Shown here piece by piece: positions 9,864-19,368 of a stretch of 64,000 nucleotides of DNA. The DNA comes from a candidate division WOR-3 bacterium (lineage in GTDB: Bacteria > Hydrothermota > Tepidihabitantia > B3-TA06). The stretch's first letter is position 1, and each line of letters starts with the position of its first letter. The translations under genes were made by a program, and so were the position numbers. The stretch lies in assembly GCA_965649265.1 (NCBI GenBank), contig CBFGKC010000010.1:50545-114544 (forward strand), given 5' to 3'. A model generated the notes under the pieces. It was given only the letters and a program-made list of their open reading frames with translations, ran no database searches and was not told the origin of the DNA.

Positions 9864-12719
9864 TCAGAAATCGGCTCCAATCCTGAAGTGCGCGCGCCAC
9901 ACGTCCCAGCCGTAAAGGCTGGGGTCGGATTTTATGTAGGGCCGGGCAAAATCGAGTTTCAGCATCCAGTAGCCGAAGAGATATCGCAGACCGAACCCGA
10001 AACCGGCCTTGAGGTCCACGAGCTGCCCTGTGGAATCCCAGAACACAGGCGGGGTCGAGTCCCATGTGAACCCGGCGTCCGTGAAAACCACACCCCTTAA
10101 ATCGCTCAATCTCAGGGGGAGGGGGAAAGCCAGGTTCAAGAGATCGACGAACGGAACCCTTAGCTCGAGGTTAGAGAAAACTATCTTTGAACCGATGGAG
10201 GGCGTGTAGGGACTGTACCCCCTGACGTCGTAAGGTCCTCCCAGTGTAAACCACTCGTGATCTGCTCCAAAGCTCGCCGCGCCGAGAAGCCTGAGTGCGA
10301 GCGCCGAACGCTTGGTTAAAGAGACATAGCCCCTCATGTCGGCAATGACGGACTGGTAGGAAAGCCTTGAGATTGCCGGAATGGACGAGTAACCCTCAAG
10401 ACGCAGCCTCAGCCCACGCATCGGTGTAGAGTACTTCCACAGGGCGTTGTCGAATACGAGCGCTCCGGAACCCTGGAAAAGTGGATACGTCGAAGTGCTG
10501 CTGTCTTGATAGACAATATACCCGTTTTCATCGTACTTGCAGTTAAGTAAAGCCTTGTCGGTTACGGCCATGCCGTCTACGCCCGTTTCAAAACGGAAGA
10601 ATTTCGTAAAGGGGAAAGCGAGAAGCGCACTCGCTCCCCTTCTGGCTTCTTTGATGTAGTCGAAGGTCGAATCCGTAAGCCAGTAGCGGTAAAAATCGGC
10701 CAGCTGATAGGCTCCTACCGCCCAGTCAACGCGGCGCTTGAAATTCCAGTAAGTGAAAACGATATCGGAGTAAAGTATATCTCCATAGAGTTCGGCATCC
10801 ACGTAGAAACGGTGGTCGCCGAGCATGTCGCTTATGCCCAGGCTGAAACTTCCCTGCGCTCCGTAAAGAGAAGAATACGCACCGGTGCCGTAGATGTAAT
10901 CGGCGGAAAAGGTCGGCTTGTAGGGTTTCATCTCCTCGGGCGTAAGTTCAACGTTCTTGTACGAATAGGGAGCGGCCTCAACGGCGAGAACGGTGTCCTT
11001 GTTTTCGGGAACGGGTTCGAGACTGCCGAGCGTCCCGTTGAGCATGCATACGTCCCAGCCTGAGTTATTGTAAAGAAGGAATGAGGTCTTCCCCGAAGAA
11101 GCAGGTGAAAACTCTTCTATTTTGTCGAACCAGTCCGTCATTCGCAGCGGTACGGAATCGGAAGGCGTCATGCGGTAGAGTTGGTAGCCTGCACCGACGA
11201 AGTAAAGATTTTCGTTGACCACATGCGGGGAAGACAGGAATCCATATCTTCCGGTGACCCTCTTCACGCGACCCGACGGCAGAAGTGACCATACGGCATA
11301 GCTTCCGACGTTCCACGTCGAGTCCTGATCGGGTCTGTCGGAGGCGAAATAGATGGTATCACCACTGAAAGAAGGGTCCTTTTCTTCATAAAGGTCGAAC
11401 GTGAGACGGTTAGTCTTGCCGGTCTTGAGATCGAGCGAATAAAGATCGCTTTCCCCTTCATTCACTCCGACATAGATGACCTGGCTTCCGTCGGACGAGA
11501 CCGCAGGTGAATACGCATCATCCACCTTAAGCTGGTATCGCCTGGTCACTTTTGCGCTTGCGTAATCGACCCATAGGAGCACCGGCCTTTCCTTGGAAAA
11601 CCCTATAACGGCAAGTGCAGACTCGTCGCCTGACCAGCACATGGTATTGCGAAGAAGAGGCAGACGTTCGAAGGTAGCCGACTGACCCGCGCGAAGCAGT
11701 CTCTTTAAAGGCTTGCCGTCGAATCCGCTTATGACGTTTATGGCAATGTAGTCGTCCTTGCTCGTTGCGTAGGCAATCTTCGCGCCTGTAGGCGAGAGCG
11801 CGACGCTGCCGTTGTAATATGAAAAATCCTTCTCGTGATCGGTCAGGAGCCGTGCCTGGATGGAACGGTTGTTGAGCCTTGCGACCCCGGGCCAGTACCG
11901 CATCCTGAGCCAGTTGAGCCACTCCTTTCCTAAATCCTTGACGTTCATGCCGAAAACCTTGTCGAATGCCGCGTTCATGTCCCGCCTGACCTGAAGTTCG
12001 TTAAGAAGTTCAAAAACCTTCTTGCGTCCGTAGCGCTCTTCGATAAAGAGAAAAACCGACTCTCCCTGCCTGTAAACGAGATAACCGCTCCAGTATCCAA
12101 GTTCCTCGAGAGGGATGACGTTATTGTTGAGAAGCAAGTCTTGCATGAATGGGTCCTCCTCTCCTGAGCCGTGGGAGGAGCAAAACTCCGCCGCTCCCTC
12201 CATTATCCAGTCAGGAGGCGTAAAACCCGGGATTAGAGAAAACAAGTTGGAGAGGGTTAGAGAGTAGTAGAGCTCGAACTCGAATATGTGCGTGAGTTCG
12301 TGCTCAAGAACGTGCTTCAGGTCCGAATAAGAACCCGTGAATGGAACTACCACGCGATTCTTGAAAAGCTCGGAAAACCCGCCGACGGATTCCTCAATAG
12401 GTTCCAATATTATGTTGGTTGCGGCAAAATCGGGCTGTGATTTGTATATGATGACAGGGATCTTTACACCAAGCGTGACCCCGAAATCCGCCGTCCTTTG
12501 TTTATAGGATTCTTCGAGAATCCCTCCTGCAAAACGCGCAAGGGGCTCCCCCCCCTCTTCTATATAGATAGAAAAATGTTCGGTTTCATACGTATATGTG
12601 GGAGTCACCTCCCGCTGAATCTTGTTCTTTTCGTAATAATACTGGCCGAACAGAGGAAGAGATACTCCCAGGACAAAAACAACAACCCGGATCGTTTTAG
12701 ACCACACAAGTTCCTCCAA
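9864..12719 (-). CDS. Omp85/BamA-family outer membrane protein with N-terminal zinc metallopeptidase (MA-like) and PD40/TolB-like repeats
   Basis: HELTH and WIMEGAAE; SPAVSSDG/KDPSFS repeats; VRGY, NLELRVP, FTDAG, GFGLR; terminal Phe. Confidence 0.85.
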   Translation of the reverse strand: MEELVWSKTIRVVVFVLGVSLPLFGQYYYEKNKIQREVTPTYTYETEHFSIYIEEGGEPLARFAGGILEESYKQRTADFGVTLGVKIPVIIYKSQPDFAATNIILEPIEESVGGFSELFKNRVVVPFTGSYSDLKHVLEHELTHIFEFELYYSLTLSNLFSLIPGFTPPDWIMEGAAEFCSSHGSGEEDPFMQDLLLNNNVIPLEELGYWSGYLVYRQGESVFLFIEERYGRKKVFELLNELQVRRDMNAAFDKVFGMNVKDLGKEWLNWLRMRYWPGVARLNNRSIQARLLTDHEKDFSYYNGSVALSPTGAKIAYATSKDDYIAINVISGFDGKPLKRLLRAGQSATFERLPLLRNTMCWSGDESALAVIGFSKERPVLLWVDYASAKVTRRYQLKVDDAYSPAVSSDGSQVIYVGVNEGESDLYSLDLKTGKTNRLTFDLYEEKDPSFSGDTIYFASDRPDQDSTWNVGSYAVWSLLPSGRVKRVTGRYGFLSSPHVVNENLYFVGAGYQLYRMTPSDSVPLRMTDWFDKIEEFSPASSGKTSFLLYNNSGWDVCMLNGTLGSLEPVPENKDTVLAVEAAPYSYKNVELTPEEMKPYKPTFSADYIYGTGAYSSLYGAQGSFSLGISDMLGDHRFYVDAELYGDILYSDIVFTYWNFKRRVDWAVGAYQLADFYRYWLTDSTFDYIKEARRGASALLAFPFTKFFRFETGVDGMAVTDKALLNCKYDENGYIVYQDSSTSTYPLFQGSGALVFDNALWKYSTPMRGLRLRLEGYSSIPAISRLSYQSVIADMRGYVSLTKRSALALRLLGAASFGADHEWFTLGGPYDVRGYSPYTPSIGSKIVFSNLELRVPFVDLLNLAFPLPLRLSDLRGVVFTDAGFTWDSTPPVFWDSTGQLVDLKAGFGFGLRYLFGYWMLKLDFARPYIKSDPSLYGWDVWRAHFRIGADF

Positions 12720-12819
12720 TCTTCAATTCAGATATGAATATAAATCCGACACTTTTCGAAAGAAAAGGTTTAAGCAAGTTCCCTTTTTTGTGAGTCGAAT
12801 CTATTTCGGACATACACTT

Positions 12820-14628
12820 TTAATCGACGGTAATAGTCTTTGATATGTTTCGCGGCCTGTCCGGATTGCAGCCCTTGCCGACGGCGGTCCGGTACGCAAT
12901 CATGTACAAGGGAACGGTGGCAAGAATCGGCATAAGTGCCGGGCTTGCATCCGGCATGGTGTAATAGAGATCGCTGTCCGCCTCAAGCTCCGCATCATGG
13001 GGACCAATGGTCAAAACCCTCCCCTTGCGGGTGCGAACCTCGTTTACGTGAGAAAGGATGTAGTACTTTTCGGGCGCGGAAACGACGAAGAGCACCGGAT
13101 ACCCCTCCTCCAGACGAGAAATTGGCCCATGCTTGAATTCACCCGAATACATGCCCTCGACATGAAGGTAGGTTATTTCTTTCATCTTGAGCGCCCCTTC
13201 CATCACAACAGGGTAACTCATCCCATAACCCAGGTAGTACGCATCAGGCGACTTGGAGAGCTCGTCCGCAAACGCCCGCACCTTGCTCTCGTCCTGCAGA
13301 ACCCTTTGCAGGAGACCGGGCAGCGAAAGGAACTCCCTTGCCGATAGCCCGTTACTTCCTCTGTCGTGTCCTATTCTCAGGGCAAGATAAAGGAGAGCGA
13401 TAACCTGATTCACGTAGGTCTTGGTCGCAGGAACGGCAATCTCGAGGTCGGAAGCGATAGGCAGCACGTAGCGGGAACGCATGGCAAGTGTAGAACCTAT
13501 GTTGTTTACGAGCGAGATGACCTGTGTGCGGTTCTCTATAACGTCGAGAACGTTCTTTATGTCCTTGGTCTCGCCGCTCTGGGAGATGAGGAGGACCACG
13601 TCGCGCTCGTCAACGCAATCAGGGTATTTTTCAAGAAACTCGGACCCGAAGGACGCCGTTACCGGGATCCGGGCAAGCCTTCCGAAGTAGAAAGACCCGA
13701 GAAGTCCGGCGAAATGCGAGGAGCCGGCGCCCACAAAAAAGACACGACGAGCAATTGCCAGCTTCTCGACAACCGTGGAGGTATGCTCGGCCTTAGGTAA
13801 ATAACGTATAACCTCCTGCGCTTTCGAGGGAATCTCGTGAATCTCCTTGAGCATGAAATGCGGGAAATCACCCTTGGAAACCTCCTCCGGGGTCAGTGTG
13901 AGTTCTTCTATCTCTCTTTCGACCGGCACTGACAAGTCGGAGAGAGAGTAAACGTCGTGATTAGATGAGGTGAAGTGAACCATCTCGCCGTCTTGCAGCT
14001 GTACAACGTTGCGCGTGAGATCAAGAATGGCCACGAGGTCGCTCGAGACGCAGCGAAAACCCTCTCCTACACCAAAGAAAAGTGATGAGCCGTTTTTGAC
14101 CGACACGAACCCGTCGCCGTCAAGTGTCGTGGCTACGTAGGCATAGGAACCCTTCATCCGCGAAGATGCCTCGCGAGCGGCATGGCGCAGGTTCTTGGTT
14201 TCGTAGAAAGGCGCTTCGAGCAGATGCAGTATCACCTCACCGTCGTTCTCACCTATAAGCGCATGACCGCCCGCTGAAAGCTCTTCGCGCAGGTTACGGG
14301 TGTTGATTATGTTGCCGTTGTGCGCGCCTACAAGAAAGCGCTTGCAGTCATGGTGGGGCTGGGAATTTTCCTTGTTCGGGAAACCGAAGGTCGCCCATCG
14401 AAGCTGTATTATGCCGCGCTGACCGGTCATATCCGAAAAACCTAAAATCTCGTTAAGCTCCTCCACCTCGCCCGCGTCCTTGCGGAGATCGAGTTTTCCC
14501 GAGGCCGAGATTGTCGCAACACCCGCGGTGTCGTAGCCGCGGTAAGCAAGACGCGTGCCCGCCCGGTAGAGAATCTCGCCGAGATCGGAACGCTCCTTGT
14601 CAAAGGAAATCGCAAAGAATCCACACAT
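12820..14628 (-). CDS. glmS: Glutamine--fructose-6-phosphate aminotransferase (GlmS-like)
   Basis: True start at MCG (ATG 14628); YRGYD, RWAT, HNG, SQSGETKD, EGALKMKEI, GEFKHGP, PRNISKTITVD. Confidence 0.88.
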   Translation of the reverse strand: MCGFFAISFDKERSDLGEILYRAGTRLAYRGYDTAGVATISASGKLDLRKDAGEVEELNEILGFSDMTGQRGIIQLRWATFGFPNKENSQPHHDCKRFLVGAHNGNIINTRNLREELSAGGHALIGENDGEVILHLLEAPFYETKNLRHAAREASSRMKGSYAYVATTLDGDGFVSVKNGSSLFFGVGEGFRCVSSDLVAILDLTRNVVQLQDGEMVHFTSSNHDVYSLSDLSVPVEREIEELTLTPEEVSKGDFPHFMLKEIHEIPSKAQEVIRYLPKAEHTSTVVEKLAIARRVFFVGAGSSHFAGLLGSFYFGRLARIPVTASFGSEFLEKYPDCVDERDVVLLISQSGETKDIKNVLDVIENRTQVISLVNNIGSTLAMRSRYVLPIASDLEIAVPATKTYVNQVIALLYLALRIGHDRGSNGLSAREFLSLPGLLQRVLQDESKVRAFADELSKSPDAYYLGYGMSYPVVMEGALKMKEITYLHVEGMYSGEFKHGPISRLEEGYPVLFVVSAPEKYYILSHVNEVRTRKGRVLTIGPHDAELEADSDLYYTMPDASPALMPILATVPLYMIAYRTAVGKGCNPDRPRNISKTITVD

Positions 14629-14726
14629 TGAACTTAATGATAGCCACCAAGGTTTGAATGTCAAGACAAGATCAATCATGACCGAAGTCAGGTTTAATTT
14701 TATGAGGTCACGTTTTATGAAAAAAA

Positions 14727-14758
14727 GTGGACAAAAGATGGACAGAAGATGGACAAAA
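14727..14758 (+). repeat. ~11-bp tandem repeat TGGACA(A/G)AAGA, related to the block at 26160
   Basis: tggacaaaaga tggacagaaga tggacaaaa. Confidence 0.75.
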
Positions 14759-14873
14759 CAGGGATTTTCAGGTTAAAAATGGAGGTATTTTCGACCTTTT
14801 TGGGGATAAAAATGGGTGATTTCTGAGGTAATTTAACCGACTCAAAACCGAGCAGGATGATCTTTGGGTAAAA

Positions 14874-15119
14874 TTCACTTCGTCAAAGACGTTTCAAACG
14901 AATTAAGGATATTCTCTAAGAGTTTCTGAGGAGGGCTAGCGCCGGAGGCGCTGGGCGCAAGCTGCGCTTCCGCCAGTTCACTTCTTCATTTCATGGTGGA
15001 GCGCCGGAGGCGCATGAGAAGTTTTGCATGAATACTATCGCTTAGATACAAAACTTCACTTCGCCAGAGACGTTTCAAACAAATAAAGGATATTATCTAA
15101 AATGTTATTGGGAGGGGCT
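14874..15119 (+). repeat. Imperfect ~64-bp direct repeat, two copies 181 bp apart (14874-14937 and 15055-15119)
   Basis: TTCACTTCGTCAAAGACGTTTCAAACGAATTAAGGATATTCTCTAA versus TTCACTTCGCCAGAGACGTTTCAAACAAATAAAGGATATTATCTAA. Confidence 0.8.
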
Positions 15120-15206
15120 CTGAGGAGGACTGAGGAGGGCTGAGGGAGGCTCTGAGGGGGCGGGCTGATTGTTGACAATCCTTCGATCAACCATATCATT
15201 TGCGGC

Positions 15207-15987
15207 ATGAAGAGACCTTTTTCCAAAGCGATTTTGACGCTCGCCGCCCTGCTTTCGGGCATCTCGGCGATACAAGCTGAAACCGTCGTCGGATTCGATC
15301 TCGACTCCATCCCGCGGGAAATCGGATATCCCAAGATACACAAATACGGCATAATAGCAAGGCACAAGGCATACAGTATCCATTACTTACAGAAATACCA
15401 ACTCGTTTTCTGGCTCGCTTACCCGCTCACGAAGGAAACACTCGCCGGTACGTACGAAAACGTTTACGAGATCGGCGCGGACCCCATGACGTATGCGGGC
15501 TTCGCCGAACCCGGGGACTACAAGGGATCGGGCTACGTGGCCGGTTTCCTGATGCCCGTGGACTTTGCCTCGTGGGACTCCACGGCCAGGCGCGAGGCCT
15601 TTTACATGACCAACACGGCGCCGCAGAAACGCGGGTTCAACAAGGGTGTATGGAAAAAAATGGAAGCGCTGGAGCGGACCTGGGTGGAACAAGGCGCGCG
15701 GCTGTGGGCGGTCCGCCGGACCGATCGTCAGGGACAGCACCAGGACGATCGGCGCAAACAAGGTGCGCATTCCCACTTACTTCTTCAAGGTTTTCTTGAT
15801 CGAGAAGTCCGGCAAGTTCGAGGAGGCGGCGTTTCTGTTTTTGAACGAAGCGACCGGCAAACCGCCTGAGAATTTCCTCGTTTCCGTTGACTGGCTCGAG
15901 AGCTTGACGGGCTACGACTTCTTCCCCATGCTGCCGGACTCGCTCGAGAACGCGCTGGAATCAAGAGCGGCTAAGATTACGTTTTAA
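15207..15987 (+). pseudogene. DNA/RNA non-specific endonuclease (NucA/EndoG family), frameshifted near 15713 and with a degenerate active site
   Basis: N-terminal frame has DYKGSGY...FYMTNTAPQ...FNKGVWKKME; the other frame continues AGPIV...IGANKVRIPTYFFKV...VSVDWLESLTGYDFF; removing one C joins them. Confidence 0.8.
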
Positions 15988-16043
15988 CGCCCCCCGCAAT
16001 AAGGAATAATTCAGCATTAGAGATGGCTTGAAGAAACTGTACC

Positions 16044-16994
16044 TTATTCCTCTACACGTTTAATGGAAAGAACTCTGATCACACCCCGTTTACGTAAACC
16101 CATTACTTCTGTTGGTTGTGGATGCTCTTTATCATAATCAAGAGCTTCTTTTACTTTTCTAGCAATATCAGACTCGAATTGGAATTTTCCCTTTACACCT
16201 TTTAACCAGAAATTGTTATTACTATAGTTGACTTTGAACAACCAACCCCGGAGAACAACTCTTTCTTCTTCTCTTTCTTTGACTTCCTCATCTAATTTCT
16301 TCAAAATGGAATTCGCCTTCTCTCTAAGCTCTGGAATAAGACTTGTCTTTAACCCTTTCTTCGCTTTACGTACAACCCCTCCGTAAATCTCGACAGATTC
16401 AACCTTTGACTGTATTGATGGCACGAGATTTTTAGCACTCTCCAAGAATATCTTTCTTTCCTTTGGATCAGGAAAGTTTCTTTCAAGTTCCAATTCTGGG
16501 TTCTCAGAAGAAAGCGAAATCGCGGCTAACGATAATTTTTCAAGGATTTCTTCGTAATAACCACGATCTTTAAAGAATTCAAGTTGCGTTTCCGGAAATT
16601 TGAAACCAATACCGAAGCTACCATCCGAAACAGCTGCAAATTGAAGATCGTAAGCTTCAGCAATACCGCTTTTCTTGAATAATGCAGTCTTGAAAGAAGA
16701 ATCGAGTTTGTTGATCCAGTTTGAGATAATTTGCACAGAAGTTTCACCAAAACGTATATGAGGGCCCTTTAATTTTAGCCATATATCTGCCCTCTGGTTC
16801 TGAGCCAGACTTACACCAATATAGTCGTCGATTTCACGTCTTAAACTATCAATATCTTTTAAATATGACGCCGCAAAAAGCTCAAACAAATTAATATCCT
16901 CATCCGCAAGCGTTTTCTTCAAGTCGGCCAAGGCAAGTTCGAGGTTTTCTAGGGTACCTTTGGCTTGCTTAAGTTCGGTATCATTGCTTATCAT
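16044..16994 (-). CDS. AT-rich hypothetical protein, overlapping the upstream nucleotidyltransferase-like gene
   Basis: 316-aa ORF; ATGA overlap at 16991-16994; low GC. Confidence 0.7.
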   Translation of the reverse strand: MISNDTELKQAKGTLENLELALADLKKTLADEDINLFELFAASYLKDIDSLRREIDDYIGVSLAQNQRADIWLKLKGPHIRFGETSVQIISNWINKLDSSFKTALFKKSGIAEAYDLQFAAVSDGSFGIGFKFPETQLEFFKDRGYYEEILEKLSLAAISLSSENPELELERNFPDPKERKIFLESAKNLVPSIQSKVESVEIYGGVVRKAKKGLKTSLIPELREKANSILKKLDEEVKEREEERVVLRGWLFKVNYSNNNFWLKGVKGKFQFESDIARKVKEALDYDKEHPQPTEVMGLRKRGVIRVLSIKRVEE

Positions 16995-17446
16995 AATATA
17001 ATCTCCAGAAACCCTTTTTCCTTATCTATATTTTCTCTAAGCCTACGGTATGTATTCGTAATATTTATATGGCGTAGTTCTCCATCCTTTCCGCCAAAAA
17101 AATGAATGTCAGGAAAACTGATTGGGAAAAACCGACCTCTCATGTTGTTTATACTACCTCTTAGTCGATCGAAAGCCGTTGGCTCATCTACAGAGTCCTT
17201 AAAAACCAAAAAAACGTCAATGTCACCAGGATAATTCTTTTTTGTTACAAATGAACCATTCACAATCAGCTTACTCCCGATGTTAAGAGGCAAGATTGAA
17301 TCTATAAAGCCTCTTAACTCTTCACACAGTTTATGTCGCCTCTCACTATCCGGTATATTACCAAAACGATCCTCAACCTCGTTAAGGGTACATTGATGTT
17401 CTCCGGGAGGTAAGTAACCTTCCTCTGTTAGTTCTGGTATGGACAT
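16991..17446 (-). CDS. Pol-beta superfamily nucleotidyltransferase-like protein (DUF6932-like)
   Basis: GYLPPGEH...NGSFVTKKNYPGDIDV (GS...DxD motif). Confidence 0.7.
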   Translation of the reverse strand: MSIPELTEEGYLPPGEHQCTLNEVEDRFGNIPDSERRHKLCEELRGFIDSILPLNIGSKLIVNGSFVTKKNYPGDIDVFLVFKDSVDEPTAFDRLRGSINNMRGRFFPISFPDIHFFGGKDGELRHINITNTYRRLRENIDKEKGFLEIIL

Positions 17447-17649
17447 GTCATTTACGCCTAATCTGACATATCATGTACCCAAGAATTCCAATATGATTAT
17501 TATGCATCTTGGAGTAATGCTTGTCAAGCTCTTGGGAGTTCACCTTCTTAATATCAACCAACCTCATAAAAAAACTATATCCTAAATATCTTTTTTGTCA
17601 ACCCTTGTGCATAAGTTCGCCGATATCTTCTTACCCTTCTGTCACTCGC

Positions 17650-17667
17650 AGCGACACTCGCAATGAC
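17650..17667. repeat. REP/RPE-like motif AGCGACACTCGCAATGAC
   Basis: Identical to 27597-27614 and reverse complement of 26448-26465. Confidence 0.8.
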
Positions 17668-17765
17668 GTTGGCGTGTTACGGGTCCCCTCCCCTTATCAC
17701 ATCCGCTTGATAATCTCCCAATAACGAGTAAACTTATATAAATCAATTTCGCGGAGGAAAGCAAC

Positions 17766-19337
17766 TTGAGCAACGATGCGTATGACAAGGAAAGCCTTAG
17801 AAACGAGCCTTTCTATATAACCACGCCCATTTACTACGTGAACGCGGAGCCGCACATAGGCCACACGTACACGACGGTGCTGGCTGACACGCTCGCGCGC
17901 TTCTGGCGCGCGTACGGCCGCGACGTTTACTTTCTGACGGGCACCGACGAGCACGGCGACAAGATCGTGCAGGCCGCCAGGAAGGAGGGCGTTGAGACCA
18001 AGGCGTACGTCGACCGCATCGCGGGGATTTTCAAGAGCACGTTCGAGGAGATTGGTTTCACCAACAACCGCTTCATCCGCACGACGGACGCCGATCACGA
18101 GAAGGTTGTCCAGGGGATTTTGAAGACGGTGTACGATAAGGGTGATATTTATTTCGGCGAGTACGGCGGCTACTACTGCGTGGGCTGCGAGCGGTTCTAC
18201 ACCGAGAAGGAGATGGTTGACGGCAAATGTCCCGATCATCAGAAGCCGCTCGAGTACATTTCGGAGCGCAACTACTTCTTCAAGATGAGCCGCTATCAGG
18301 ACTGGTTGATCAAGTATATCGAGGAGCACCCCGACTTCATTGAGCCGGAGAGCCACCGCAACAAGGTACTCTCGTTTTTGAAGGACCCGCTGGGTGACCT
18401 CTGCATCTCGAGGCCGAAGTCGCGGCTGCCCTGGGGCATCACGCTGCCGTTCGACCCCGAGTACGTGACCTACGTGTGGTTCGACGCGCTCATCAACTAT
18501 TTGACCGCCATAGGGTACCCGGACGGCGGGGATTTCAAAAAGTACTGGCCGCATGCGTACCACATCACGGCAAAGGATATATTGATTCCGCACGCGATAT
18601 ACTGGCCCACGATGCTCGCGTCGATGGGTGCGGGTCCGTACAAGGGGCTGCGCGTCCACGGCTACTGGCAGGTGGACGAGACAAAGATGTCGAAGTCCCT
18701 GGGCAACGTGGTAAGGCCGCTGGATATGAAGGAAAAGTACGGCTTCGAGCAGTTCAGGTACTTCTTGCTGAGGGAGATGAGCTTCGGACTTGACTCGACG
18801 TTCTCGGAGGAGCTGCTGGTCGAGAGGATAAATTCCGATCTGGCCAACGACCTCGGGAACCTCGTCGCGCGTGTGCTGGGGATGACGGAGAAGTATCAGG
18901 ATGGCATCGTGCGCAAGGTCGAGGGCGAGAGCGGCAAACTCGCGGAGATAGCGGAGGACATTGCTGACGAGCTGCCCGGCCTGATGCTCGGGTTCGACTT
19001 CCGCAAGGCGATTTTAAAGATCTGGGAACTCGTGACCGCAGCCAACGCATTCGTTGAGGAACGGGCGCCGTGGTCGCTGGCAAAACAGGGGAAGAAGAAC
19101 GAACTCGCGGGCGTGCTCTATGCGCTTTGTGAGAGCTTAAGGCTTCTGGCGGTGTTCTTTTCCGCATTCATGCCCGGGACTTCCGCGAGGCTTTTGGCGA
19201 AACTGGGGATACAGGGTGATAGCGGAACATACCATGAGAAGTCCAGGTGGGGGCTTCTTGCCGACGGGGTGAAGGTGGTAAAGGGCGAGGCGCTCTTTCC
19301 GAGGATTGAGACCCCGGACGGGCCTAAGGCGATGTAA
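17766..19337 (+). CDS. metG: Methionine--tRNA ligase (short form)
   Basis: FYITTPIYYVNAEPHIGH, TGTDEHG, YVWFDALINY, KMSKSLGN; GGAGG SD before TTG start. Confidence 0.97.
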   Translation: MSNDAYDKESLRNEPFYITTPIYYVNAEPHIGHTYTTVLADTLARFWRAYGRDVYFLTGTDEHGDKIVQAARKEGVETKAYVDRIAGIFKSTFEEIGFTNNRFIRTTDADHEKVVQGILKTVYDKGDIYFGEYGGYYCVGCERFYTEKEMVDGKCPDHQKPLEYISERNYFFKMSRYQDWLIKYIEEHPDFIEPESHRNKVLSFLKDPLGDLCISRPKSRLPWGITLPFDPEYVTYVWFDALINYLTAIGYPDGGDFKKYWPHAYHITAKDILIPHAIYWPTMLASMGAGPYKGLRVHGYWQVDETKMSKSLGNVVRPLDMKEKYGFEQFRYFLLREMSFGLDSTFSEELLVERINSDLANDLGNLVARVLGMTEKYQDGIVRKVEGESGKLAEIAEDIADELPGLMLGFDFRKAILKIWELVTAANAFVEERAPWSLAKQGKKNELAGVLYALCESLRLLAVFFSAFMPGTSARLLAKLGIQGDSGTYHEKSRWGLLADGVKVVKGEALFPRIETPDGPKAM

Positions 19338-19368
19338 TCTTTTCTCTCTAACAAGGACTTTCTAAAAA

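Noticed and set aside
17530-17765. T-box leader for metG (and likewise for aspS)
   Set aside because: No GGTGGNACCGCG T-box motif or terminator/antiterminator seen
17697-18659. Long antisense or alternate-frame ORFs (also 19348-20298, 21409-22368, 24103-24753)
   Set aside because: Shadow ORFs of GC-rich real genes, with no recognisable motifs
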